The translations under genes were made by a program, and so were the position numbers. DNA of 64,000 bases from Macrostomum lignano (taxonomy: Eukaryota), in NCBI GenBank assembly GCA_002269645.1, contig NIVC01000514.1, positions 248,001 through 312,000 on the forward strand, read 5' to 3'. Positions 13,668 through 25,165 of the stretch are shown in pieces (position 1 is the stretch's first letter; each line of letters opens with the position of its first letter). A model generated the notes under the pieces. That model saw only the letters and a list, made by a program, of their open reading frames with translations, was not told the origin of the DNA and made no database searches.

Positions 13668-14070
13668 CTGACCCACATTGTCAGCTGATCTGCCAGGTGA
13701 CCCACATTGTCAGCTGATCTGCCAGGTGACTCACATTGTCAGCTGATCTGCCAGGTGATCTGCTAGGTGACTCACATTGTCATCTGATCTGCCAGGTGAC
13801 CCACATTGTCAGCTGATCTGCCAGGTGACCCACATTGTCAGCTGATCTGCCAGGTGACCCACATTGTCAGCTGATCTGCCAGGTGACTCACATTGTCAGC
13901 TGATCTGCCAGGTGACCCACATTGTCAGCTGATCTGCCAGGTGACCCACATTGTCAGCTGATCTGCCAGGTGACTCACATTGTCAGCTGATCTGCCAGGT
14001 GATCCACATTGTCAGCTGATCTGCCAGGTGACCCACATTGTCAGCTGATCTGCCAGGTGATCTGCTAGGT
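13668..14070. repeat. 29-bp minisatellite (cacattgtcagctgatctgccaggtgacc)
   Basis: Direct tandem periodicity, ~13 copies. Confidence 0.95.
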
Positions 14071-14194
14071 GAGCACGCACATGCCCACACAGGGTGTCAC
14101 AGGTCACAGCCTTCGGTCGGTCCTTGTGGGGCGCGAGTCGCACGAGAAGCCCCAGGCCAATTCTCGAGCGCGAGCGCCTCAAATTAGTGTAGAT

Positions 14195-14250
14195 GTGAAA
14201 GGAATCGAACCCAGGGACACCAATTCACGTTACCACTGAGCTGCTCTGTA
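14195..14250 (-). mobile_element. tRNA-derived Pol III head (SINE-like remnant)
   Basis: Minus strand reads CAGCTCAGTGG (A box, 14233-14243) then CCCTGGGTTCGATTCC (B box, 14201-14211). The anticodon arm is shortened, so this is not an intact tRNA. Confidence 0.5.
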
Positions 14251-14361
14251 CTTGCGATTCTTAATGTCAGTTAATATCAATTGGATACCATCACTGTCAC
14301 TCATTTTCCTCCGCTCTGACTCACCCAAGTTCCCTGGCACTCAATCTCACTTCACCCGTTC

Positions 14362-15130
14362 TCACTCACTCCCCTTCACTGTCACTCACTCCCAATAACT
14401 GTCACTCACTCCCATTCACTGTCACTCACTCCCATTCACTGTCACTCACTCCTATTCACTGTCACTCACTCACATTCACTGTCACTCACTCACATTCACT
14501 GTCACTCAATCACATTCACTGTCACTCACTCCCATTGACTGTCACTCACTCCCATTCACTGTCACTCACTCCCAATAACTGTCACTCACTCCCATTCACT
14601 GTCACTCACTCCCATTCACTGTCACTCACTCCTATTCACTGTCACTCACTCCCATTGACTGTCACTCACTCCCATTCACTGTCACTCACTCCCATTGACT
14701 GTCACTCACTCCCATTGACTGTCAGTCACTCCCATTCACTGTCACTCACTCCCATTGACTGTCACTCACTCCCATTCACTGTCACTCACTCCCATTGACT
14801 GTCACTCACTCCCATTCACTGTCACTCACTCCCAATAACTGTCACTCACTCCCAATAACTGTCACTCACTCCCAATAACTGGCACTCACTCCCAATAACT
14901 GGCACTCACTCCCAATAACTGGCACTCACTCCCAATAACTGGCACTCACTCCCAATAACTATAACTCACTCCCATTCACTGTCACTCACTCCCAATAAAT
15001 TTCACTCACTCCCATTCACTGTCATTCACTCCCAATAAATGTCACTCACTCCCATTCACTGTCACTCACTCCCATTCACTGTCACTCACTCCCAATAAAT
15101 GTCACTCACTCCCATTCACTGTCACTCACT
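14362..15130. repeat. 20-bp minisatellite (cactgtcactcactcccatt)
   Basis: Direct tandem periodicity. Confidence 0.95.
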
Positions 15131-15388
15131 CTCGCAACAGGTTGGCTATGAGCCCCTCTGACACTGCATATAAATATAAGTAATAGTCCAATATCATTAT
15201 TAGATGAACAATTGGCATATTTCATACTTAAGTAAGATACTGATTAAGCTTAATGCGAGTCAAGGGCTTTGATCGTGCGACGCGCAAGTAAAATTTTGAG
15301 TAAGATCCGAGCAAGACTCTAGTAATATTCAGTACTATGAAGCAACAGCTGCACAAGTGAGACAGGAGTCAGACCCAAGCCAAGGCAG

Positions 15389-17416
15389 TCACTCCCGCCC
15401 CAGCAGGTTCTCCTCTGGCGCCCCCTTGTCTTCGTCTGTCTGGCGGATGGCGTCGAAGAGATTCAGCGGCGAGCTGAGCTGCGTCAGCAGGCCGGCCACG
15501 GTGGCGAAGGAGGCGACGTTCAGCCAGGTGAGGCCCCACAGCAGGCCGGTGAAGTAGGGGGGCCAGCAGGGCGGCTGGCGGCCGGCCGCGGTGGCCAGGA
15601 AGTGCGCCACGTTGGCGCAGAGGCAGCCGAAGCTGCCGGCCTGCAGCAGCGGCGACACGGCGCGGTTGACAGCGCCGGCCAGCCAGTTGTCGGTGGCGCC
15701 GCCGGCCGACCAGAGGCAGGCGCAGACGAAGCAGGCGTTCTCCGCGCACAGCGTGATGACGTAACCGCTGCTGACGCTGGACTCGCAATGGAGCGCCAGG
15801 TACATGAACTGCACTGGGTAGCGGGGCGGGGTGGGAGTGAATGAAGGCCATCGGGTGTGAATGAGGGCCATCGGGTGTGATTGAGGGCCATAGGGTGTGA
15901 ATGAGGACATCGGAAGTGAATGAAGGTGATCGGGTGTGAATGAGGGCCATTGGGGGTGAATAAGGGCCATCGGCAGTGCATGAAGGCCATCGGGTGTGAA
16001 TGAGAGCCATCGGGTGTGAATGAAGGCCATCAGTTGTGAATAAGGGCCATCGTGTGAATGAGGGCCCTCGGCAGTGAATGAAGGCTATCGGGTGTGAATG
16101 ATGGTCATTGGGTGTGAATGAAGGCCATTAGGTGTGAATGAGGGCCATTCGGTGTGAATGAGGGCCATCGGGTGTGAATGATGGTCATTGGGTGTGAATG
16201 AAGGTCATTGGGTGTGAATGATGGTCATTGGGTGTGAATGATGGTCATTGGGTGTGAATGATGGTCATTGGGTGTGAATGCGCGCAGATGTACAAGCGCA
16301 CAGTGGCGGAAGCACTCAAAGTCATATCCTGATATTTTCACTAAGTTATTTCATCTGCTATAAAAAAGACTTGTTAGCAGAGTGACAGCAGATGAGTTGC
16401 TATGCCAGCTAATTCTTACACAGGAGTTTCACGCACCCATCCCAGGCGTCCCTCAACAGCAATGACAAGAAAGCCAGGAAATGCTTCAGTGACAAAGAAA
16501 CACGTTTTGGGATCGATTCCGCTGGCAGCCCGTCACGTGACAGAACTCCGATGTCAGACTCAAGCTACGCATAACCTATCACGGGCCCTGAAGTGCAGCA
16601 GCTGCTTGAGCAAATTGCTTAGCAAAGCATCGGAGTGTTTGGTTAGGGATGAGCGGCAAGGATAAGGTATTCTTACATTAAACAAGCACCAAATCTAAGT
16701 TGCTTTTGAGTGTGCCATGCACTTTAGCCAGGGTAATGCAAATTGTATTCACCTGTTAGACTGGGGAATTTACCTGTTAGATGGGACATCTACCTGTAAG
16801 ACTGGGGCATTTACGTGTTAGACTGGGGAATTTACCTGTTAGGGTAATTTACCTGTTAGACTGGGGAATTTACCTGTTAGATGGGGCATCTACCTGTAAG
16901 ACTGGGGCATTTACGTGTTAGACTGGGGAATTTACCTGTTAGGGGAATTTACCTGTTAGACTGGGGAATTTACCTGTTAGATGGGGCATCTACCTGTAAG
17001 ACTGGGACATTTACGTGTTAGACTGGGGAATTTACCTGTTAGACTGGGGAATTTACCTGTTAGACTGGGGAATTTACCTGTTAGATTGGGGAACTTACCT
17101 GTTAGATTGGGGCATCTACCTGTAAGACTGGGGAATTTACCTGTTAGACTGACGAATTTACCTGTTAGATTGGGGAATTTACCTGGAAGATTGAGGCATT
17201 TACCTGTTAGATTGGCGCATTTAAAGAGAATCAGTCCGGAACCGCAGCAATGTCCCGTCACTCACCCACCAGGACGGCCAGCACTCTGTAGAGCACGCTG
17301 GTCAGAAGAACAGCCAGCAGCAGCGAGTACTGGCGCACGAGGCGGATGTCCTGCTGGGCGCGCCTCCGGTAGCCCGGCCTCGGCTCAGTCAGTTGCTTGA
17401 TCCCGGTGGAATGCAT
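15389..17416 (-). CDS. Uncharacterised ~4-TM membrane protein, 191 aa, 2 exons: 17416-17266, 15813-15389
   Basis: MHSTGIKQ...YSLLLAVLLTSVLYRVLAVLV|VQFMYLALHC...CWPPYFTGLLWGLTWLNV...*. GT-AG and phase 1 match; an in-frame stop lies upstream of the ATG. The TM/Cys spacing loosely recalls TMEM272 (unverified). Confidence 0.75.
15830..16280. repeat. ~20-bp minisatellite (ggtgtgaatgagggccatcg), intron of the 4-TM gene
   Basis: Direct tandem periodicity. Confidence 0.9.
16752..17215. repeat. 21-bp minisatellite (ctggggaatttacctgttaga), intron of the 4-TM gene
   Basis: Direct tandem periodicity. Confidence 0.9.
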
Positions 17417-17454
17417 GAAGCCGGATGTACAGATTCAGGTCACCGGATTGTCAC

Positions 17455-17660
17455 GTTGACCGGATGTTGCTGTCACGGCCACCGGATGTTGCTGTCACGG
17501 CCACCGGATGTTGCTGTCACGGCCACCGGATGTTGCTGTCACGGCCACCGGATGTTGCTGTCACGGCCACCGGATGTTGCTGTCACGATCAACGGATGTT
17601 GCTGTCACGGCCACCGGATGTTGCTGTCACGGCCACTGGGTGTTGCTGGCACGGCCACCG
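17455..17660. repeat. 22-bp minisatellite (ccaccggatgttgctgtcacgg) just upstream of the 4-TM gene ATG
   Basis: Direct tandem periodicity, ~9 copies. Confidence 0.9.
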
Positions 17661-18889
17661 GATAATTGCTCTGTTCTCTCTATGATGTTTATCAAATATC
17701 TTGACAATGAAGTAAGCACTGACGAATCACCCAAAAGTACTTTAGTCCAGTGACTTCAACATTATCATATAGACTTTCGTTTTTTAAGGCATTTTTTAAT
17801 GAAGCTGTTAAGTCATGATAAATTGCCATAGATTATAAGCGAGAAATTCACTGTTTTTTATTAATTTAAGCAACAAGAACTTTAACAGGAAACAGATCGA
17901 GGATATAGCAAAGCAAACGAATACCAAAGTATTTAATTTTCGACAGTTAAGACTTATAAGTACGAGCTATATATTCTTTGTTAGAAGTTTCAAGAACGTG
18001 CACCCATCGAAGAGGCAGTTGGCAAACATCGGCTGTTGCACACTTCGCATGTCAACTTGAGCTTGCTGCATGACTGTTGCACTAGTGGTTGCACTCGTAG
18101 TCGCCTCGGTTGGTGGGGCCAAATTGTCACTATCAGCGGTAGCAACCTTCCTGACGGTTCTGTCATGCTTGCGTGCGAGATAACGTCGAACAGCTGACAT
18201 CCACAGCACCATGCTTCTTTAAAAACTCCACGAACATTTTGCCATACAGAAACATGTGTTCTCGTGTAGTGCTCGGCAGTGATTCCAGTTCGACAACATC
18301 CATCGCACTTGGGTAAATCAGATAGTTCTGGAAGCTCGACACTAGAAACCGCAGCGGCCTCATCAGCCATCTCCAAGAATTTCATCGGAACTGTGGTTCA
18401 CGGCGCTCAGTTCACTCAGAAAATCTAGTTCAGTAGACGAGACGCCATCTAAACTGTCGACCGGTAGGTTTTTCCAGTTGATAAGAGGCATTTTTAATTC
18501 GATTTCTCTCGCTTCTTGCTTCTAGTTCTTAACTTCCTAACAGACTTCATGGTCGAGCTTTTCTTTTAGAGAACTGTATTCTAAATAATTGTCTATGGTC
18601 CGATTGACCCTGCGCTCCCTTGACCCTGCTCACTGTCGAGCCAATATCTATGGCACGAAGACACTGCAGCGTTACTTAATGGCGTGGCTTAATGGCGTTA
18701 CATAATGATCAACCGAAAACGCTAGTTTATATGATAATGCGAATATTTCGCCACTCGTGACTGTGATCATTATCCAAGTCTGAAAGTTTTTAATCGACTC
18801 TATGGTAGAGGGGTTGGCAGTTTTTTCGGGAACACAAGTTTAATGCAATTTAAACTCGAAATAGCACTCAAAGAAAGGAGCTCTGGGCT

Positions 18890-18947
18890 GTGAAGCTTCG
18901 AGATTGTGAAGCTTCGAGATTGTGAAGCTTCGAGATTGTGAAGCTTC
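18890..18947. promoter_or_regulatory. 16-bp tandem repeat with four GAAnnTTC (heat-shock-element-like) units
   Basis: GAAGCTTC at 18892, 18908, 18924 and 18940; the first three read GAA-gc-TTC-ga-GAT. Confidence 0.4.
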
Positions 18948-19185
18948 AATCTTGCAAATAAATGAATGAAAGACGCAACCGACTGGAGTTCCATATCAAA
19001 GATCCGCGGGTTCAAGGCGAGAAAAAGAGGCTGGATGGCCTGGGGCGCAACTCTGCAACCATTGAGGACATTGCTTCAGTGACCCAGGATTGCAGTATCT
19101 TCAGTTGCTGCAGATTACCACAGACAATATCGGGTCGACCCCCAGTCTCGGAAACTGCAGCGGCATCTTGCTGTTCTGCAGGCAC

Positions 19186-19342
19186 TTTCTATTTATAGAT
19201 GTGGCTGTTCCACCCGTCACTAGTGGGACTGGGGACATTTCTATTTATAGATTTGGCTGTTCCACCCGTCACTGGTGGGACTGGGGCATTTTCTATTTAT
19301 AGACGTGGCTGTTCCACCCGTCCACTAGTAAGACTGGGGATA
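19186..19342. promoter_or_regulatory. 52-bp repeat x3, each with a MEF2-consensus site CTATTTATAG
   Basis: CTATTTATAG at 19189, 19241 and 19293; matches YTA(A/T)4TAR. Confidence 0.4.
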
Positions 19343-19639
19343 GGCCAGAACGGCACTTTCAGCCTATTGAACCAAAGGACCAAGTGTACTCAGAGGATTC
19401 CCGCATGTAAATCTTTTAATGCCAATTTATTTGATGATGAAGGCCTAATTTTGATTCAATTAACTTGTATTCTGTTTTCAACAATTAATTGAACATTTTG
19501 CTCATTTCTGATTGAAGGTTGGTTTTACAAGCTTTACAATTTTCCTATGGGTCGAGAGAAGCTCGCTAGCAAGCAGATTGGTTAGTTGGCTCAATGGTTG
19601 GCCCTCATGTCTGAGAATTGCACGACAAGCCCAAATGAA

Positions 19640-19705
19640 TGCGGAATCGAACCCAGGGGCTCGTGGCGCGAGACCCAGACTGTTCACCGCTGAGCTGCGC
19701 CACCG
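19640..19705 (-). mobile_element. tRNA-derived Pol III head (SINE-like or tRNA pseudogene)
   Basis: Minus strand: GGTGGCGCAGCTCAGCGG (A box, 19687-19697) ... CCCTGGGTTCGATTCC (B box, 19643-19653), with tRNA-like spacing. The T-stem and acceptor stem pair poorly. Confidence 0.55.
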
Positions 19706-20139
19706 AAACCCGGGCCCTAAGAGACTGGGAGCTGATGAGGGCGGCCAGTGCTGCATCGTCCCACCCACCGCGTGCTCCCCAGCTGGACGTGAGTACCCGT
19801 GAAGGACCCCGGGCTCCATCCGTTGCAGCGAACTCAACAACCGGTTGGACCCGAAGTGTCTCCATGCGATCATCCAAGGCATCAATAAGCGGCTCGGACC
19901 AGCTGCAGACAAGCAGCAATTGTCTCAGGTGTCGCTGGGAAGCACTCGGCTTGAGCTGTTTACACACCGCGATGAAGATGAGCTCTCCACCGCCGGATCT
20001 GCCTAATTAATTGGATGTCCTTCTCACCTGCTCACTTGAAGCAAATTGGCTCTGTTGTTAACGGGCTGTGGGAACAGGCGGAGTGGCAGACAGACCTTGG
20101 ATTGAGGGAGTCTGGGCAGCGGTTGGTGAGAAAATTAAT

Positions 20140-20985
20140 GGTGAGAGACACAGTGAATTGTGACAGACACAGACATACAATGAAGGGCGAGAGACATAAT
20201 GAATTGAGACAGACATACAATGAAGGGCGAGAGACAATGAATTGCGAGAGACAATGAATTGCGAGAGACAATGAATTGCGAGAGACAATGAATTGCGAGA
20301 GACAATGAATTGCGAGAGACAATGAATTGTGACAGACACAATGAATTTTGACAGACATACAATGAAGGGCGATAGACACAATCAAGGGCGAGAGACAATG
20401 AATTGCGAGAGACAATGAATTGCGAGAGACAATGAACTGCGAGAGACACAATGAATTGCGAGAGACACAATGAATTGCGAGAGACACAATGAATTGCGAG
20501 AGACACAATGAACTGCGAGAGACACAATGAATTGCGAGAGACACAATGAAGGGCGAGAGACACAATAAAGGGCGAGAGACACAATGAAGAGTGAGAGACA
20601 CAATGAAGAGTGAGAGACACAATGAAGAGTGAGAGACACAATGAAGAGTGAGAGACACAATGAAGGGCCAGAGACACAAACTGAAAGCTGAGACACAATG
20701 AAGGGCCAGAGACACAAACTGAAAGCTGAGACACAATGAAGAGTGAGAGACACAATGAAGGGCCAGAGACACAAACTGAAAGCTGAGACACAATGAAGGG
20801 CCAGAGACACAAACTGAAAGCTGAGACACAATGAAGGGCGAGAGACACAAACTGAAAGCCGAGACACAATGAAGGGCGAGAGACACAAACTGAAAGCTGA
20901 GACACAATGAAGGGCGAGAGACACAAACTGAAAGCCGAGACACAATGAAGGGCGAGAGACACACTGAAAGCTGAGACACAGCGCA
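20140..20985. repeat. Compound 17-21-bp minisatellite (gagacacaatgaattgcga / gagacacaaactgaaagct)
   Basis: The unit changes gradually along the array. Confidence 0.9.
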
Positions 20986-21310
20986 CATGAAAGGTCAGAC
21001 ACAAAGCCGGCCGCAGTTTTCCAGGCAAGCAAATTCAGTTGAGCGGCAATTGTTGTGAAAAGTTTTTGCAAGAAGACAAATTGCGGCAAAAGTCACGCGA
21101 AGAGGTGTGCCTCCCGCGCCGCGACCCGCTGGAGCTGGCGGCGCCGCGCCCGTGAGAACGGCGCAGCCGCAGTCCGGCCCGCTTATCTCCCAGGAGGCTT
21201 TAAAACAGGCGGCGACCGCAGGAGCGCGGCTTCTCCAAAATCGAGTCGGTCTCTGAGCGACGCCTGCAATTTCCCAGTCTCCGTCACCAACCAGAAAAGC
21301 AACTGCAGAT

Positions 21311-24026
21311 ATGCTGATGCTGAAGGCGGCCTGCCTGTTGCTCCTGGCGGCAGTCGGCAGCGTCCACGGCCAGTGCGGCTGCACGCCCAACGTGAGTTTT
21401 GGCCAGGCTTTTGGGTTGCTTCGTCCAATTTCTTGAGGTATTGTGCTGAGTAGTTTGCCTTGCCTCATCTCGACTTTGTTGTACTCGAATTTGAGTTTTT
21501 ACGTCCGTACTGCCTGAAACTGCGGTCAGAAAAGTCTTGAAATAATAATTGTCTGGAAAAGTACAGTGGTTTGATAATTATACATTGCTAAGCTTTGTAA
21601 ACAAAATTTGTCCCCAGACAAAATGTCTCCCCAGACAAAATGTCTCCCTGGATAAAATGTCTCCCCAGACAAAATGTCTCCCTGGATAAAATGTCTCCCT
21701 GGATAAAATGTCTCCCTGGATAAAATGTCTCCCCAGACAAAATGTCTCCCTGGACAAAATGTCTCCCTGGATAAAATGTCTCCCCAGACAAAATGTCTCC
21801 CTGGAGAAAATGTCTCCCCAGACAAAATGTCTCCCCAGACAAAATGTCTCCCCAGACAAAATGTCTCCCTGGATAAAATGTCTCCCCAGACAAAATGTCT
21901 CCCTGGATAAAATGTCTCCCCGGACAAAATGTCTCGCCGGACAAAATGTCTCGCCGGACAAAATGTCTCCCCGGACAAAATTTCTCGCCAGACAAAATGT
22001 CTCGCCGGACAAAATGTCTCCCTGGATAAAATGTCTCCCTGGACAAAATGTCTCCCCGGACAAAATGTCTCGCCGGACAAAATATCTCCCCGGACAAAAT
22101 GTCTCCCCGGACAAAAATAATCTCCGGACAAGACTTCACGGACAAACTATTTGGTAAAAAAATTCTCCGAATGAAAATACTCACCTGAGCCCTTGGGAAT
22201 CTGAGCCGCCACTCCCGCTGCCGTCACCCCTGCCACCCCTCCCGCGCCCCCGCAGGCGCCGCTGAGCTACGAGGACCTGAAGGAGGGCCCCATCGGCGAC
22301 ATGATTCTCACGACAGAGCAGAAGCTCGGCATGCTCGGCGTGAGTGTTTGCGTTTATTTTATTGCTAAAATTGTTTCTGAGGATAAGGTCCTGGTTTCGA
22401 ATCCAATACTATAGAGGCTCGAGTCAAAATGACGAAATAAATAAACTCAAATTTTGAATGCCTAAGACCTTTAAGCGTCCATGGTTCGAATCCTTAAGCC
22501 GGTGAATGCCTCAAAGTCAGTTTCTATTAGAAAAATTGGATTTCCGTATATATGGTCTCATTGCGCTCGGAAGTCCAGCAGGTACTTTAGTTAAGCAGGC
22601 AAGTGCTGGGCTTAAGCTGAGGACTCAACAGGTTTGCCTTCATCTTGCAGCTGAGGAATGCCCAGACCAACATCTGGCCCAGGCGCACCCTGGTGTACAG
22701 CATCGGCAGCCACATGAGCAGTGAGTTGCGATCGGGGTTTGAATTTCCGGTTTGCAATAACTCTGCCTTCTGTCCGGTAAAAGTGCATCCCGGGGCGGCG
22801 CCGCATTGCAGGCAACGCCAACACCATCGTGGCAGCGCTGCGGTACATCGAGCAGATGACCAACTACTGCGTGTCCTTCAAGCAGCGCACCAACGAGTAC
22901 AGCTACGTCTATGTCACCAATGGCGCCGGGTGAGTCTGGTAGGCAGTTGCCATGGCAACACAGACTGCTGGCCGTTTGAACTCTGGTCATGCAAATTGTT
23001 GTCATGGCAACACTGCCTGCTGGTTTGAACTCTGATTATGCATTGTTGCCGTGGCAACACACGTTTATAAATTGACTTCGTTGCTTTGGCAACTCTGGGG
23101 TAGCAACTCTCTGATTTAAGAATGGCGGGCTGTTGCCATGGAAACAGTGCTGTATGAACTCTGCCTGAACATGATAGCCAGCTACCATGGCAACTCTGTT
23201 ACGCGAAATCTGATTGAGCCAGAGAGTCTGTTGTTATGGAAACTGAAAAAATGCAGTCGCTTGGCAACTGGCGAACACCCACCCGCAGCTGCTCCTCCTA
23301 CGTGGGCTACCTGAACCGCGGTCGCCAGAACCTGTCGCTGGACAACGGCTGCTTCACCCGCGGCACCATCGTGCACGAGTTCATGCACGCCCTCGGCTTC
23401 CACCACGAGCAGACGCGCACGGACCGCGACAGCTACCTCATCATCGACTGGGCCAACATCCTGACCGGTGAGGGACGGGGTGGAAAAGGCGTGGGAGAGG
23501 GTGGGAAAGAGGGGTGGGAGATGATTAAAAAGAGGGGTAGGAGAGGGTAAGAAAAAAGGGTGGGAGAGGGTCGAAAAGAGGGGTGGGAGGGTGGGACAGA
23601 GGGGAGAGAGGGTGAAAAAGAAGGGTGGGAGATGGTTAGATTGAGGGGTGGGAAAAGGGGTGGGAGAGGGTAATTCTATCGAAGTTCATACAGCGATTTA
23701 TGAACTAATAGCAAAGAATATAAAATTGATTGTACCGCTGAGCTTCAATTAATGCCCCCAAAGTCTACTGCAAGTAGAAATATGCGAATTTCCAACATGG
23801 AACACCCGCAGCCTACTGCTCGGCCTACTACAAGTACAGGGGCAACGTGTTCGGCACCTCCTACGACTACAAGAGCTGCATGCAGTACCCGTCCACCGGC
23901 TTCGCCTGCCGCCCTGGCGTCCACGTGATGCGGCGTCGGGACAACGGCGGCACCGACCTGGGCGACTATTACAACATGTCGGCCAACGACGCCTACAGGA
24001 TCCGCAAGGCCTACGGCTGCGCCTAA
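21311..24026 (+). CDS. Secreted astacin-family (M12A) zinc metalloprotease, 248 aa, 6 exons: 21311-21391, 22256-22339, 22651-22720, 22812-22929, 23289-23467, 23812-24026
   Basis: Signal peptide MLMLKAACLLLLAAVGSVHG; prodomain GDMIL; GCSSYVG; zinc signature HEFMHALGFHHEQTRTDRD; Met-turn SCMQY; C-terminal YGC. AATAAA at 24065-24070. Confidence 0.95.
21600..22125. repeat. 17-bp minisatellite (caaaatgtctccccaga), astacin intron 1
   Basis: Direct tandem periodicity. Confidence 0.95.
22946..23268. promoter_or_regulatory. Cluster of 8 RFX X-box motifs in astacin intron 4
   Basis: GTTGCCATGGCAAC 22946, GTTGTCATGGCAAC 22998, GTTGCCGTGGCAAC 23045, GTTGCTTTGGCAAC 23080, GTTGCCATGGAAAC 23132, GCTACCATGGCAAC 23181, GTTGTTATGGAAAC 23230, GTCGCTTGGCAAC 23256. 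Confidence 0.7.
23490..23670. repeat. Purine/G-rich low-complexity tract, astacin intron 5
   Basis: Recurrent gggtgggagag modules. Confidence 0.7.
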
Positions 24027-24224
24027 GCTGCCAATATCGGCACCCAATACGAGCTATCCTGTGAAATAAAGTTGTTGAGGTGGCGGTTGTCAGTCACGTG
24101 ACCGATGTTTTAATCTTGCGGACATCCCGTCTTTACTTTTGAACTTAATGCAGCTGTTTCTCTGCTGACGTTTACATCCAGCTGTATCAGAACATGTAGG
24201 ATTCTGTCGGTATCACTTCAGTGA

Positions 24225-25165
24225 TTCTCATAGAGATCAGGGAGGGTGATTCTCATGGAGATCAGGAAATTGATTCTCATAGAGATCAGGGAGGGTGATT
24301 CTCATAGAGATCAGGAAATTGATTCTCATAGAGATCAGGAAATTGATTCTCATAGAGATCAGGAAATTGATTCTCATAGAGATCAGGGAGAGTGACTGTC
24401 ATAGAGATCAGGGAGGGTGATTCTCATAGAGATCAGGAAATTGATTCTCATAGAGATCAGGAGAGTGATTCTCATAGAGATCAGGGAGGGTGATTCTCAT
24501 AGAGATCAGGTAATTGATTCTCATAGAGATCAGGAAATTGATTCTCATAGAGATCAGGGAGAGTGACTGTCATAGAGATCAGGGAGGGTGATTCTCATAG
24601 AGATCAGGGAGAGTGATTCTCATAGAGATCAGGGAATTGATTCTCATAGAGATCAGGAGAGTGATTCTCATAGAGATCAGGGAGGGTGATTCTCATAGAG
24701 ATCAGGTAATTGATTCTCATAGAGATCAGGAAATTGATTCTCATAGAGATCAGGGAGAGTGACTGTCATAGAGATCAGGGAGGGTGATTCTCATAGAGAT
24801 CAGGGAGAGTGATTCTCATAGAGATCAGGGAATTGATTCTCATAGAGATCAGGAAATTGATTCTCATAGAGATCAGGGAGAGTGACTGTCATAGAGATCA
24901 GGGAGGGTGATTCTCATAGAGATCAGGGAGAGTGATTCTCATAGAGATCAGGGAGAGTGATTCTCATAGAGATCAGGAGAGTGATTCTCATAGAGATCAG
25001 GGAGAGTGACTGTCATAGAGATCAGGGAGGGTGATTCTCATAGAGATCAGGAGAGTGATTCTCATAGAGATCAGGGAGAGTGATTCTCATAGAGATCAGG
25101 AGAGTGATTCTCATAGAGATCAGGAGAGTGATTCTCATAGAGATCAGGAGAGTGATTCTCATAGA
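24225..25165. repeat. 24/25-bp minisatellite (gattctcatagagatcagggagagt)
   Basis: Direct tandem periodicity between the astacin and NUDT9 3' ends. Confidence 0.95.

Noticed and set aside
19640-19705. Functional tRNA gene
   Set aside because: The acceptor and T stems do not pair; kept only as a tRNA-derived remnant.
22483-22493. Isolated B box GGTTCGAATCC in astacin intron 2
   Set aside because: No A box or cloverleaf upstream, so it cannot be called a tRNA or SINE.
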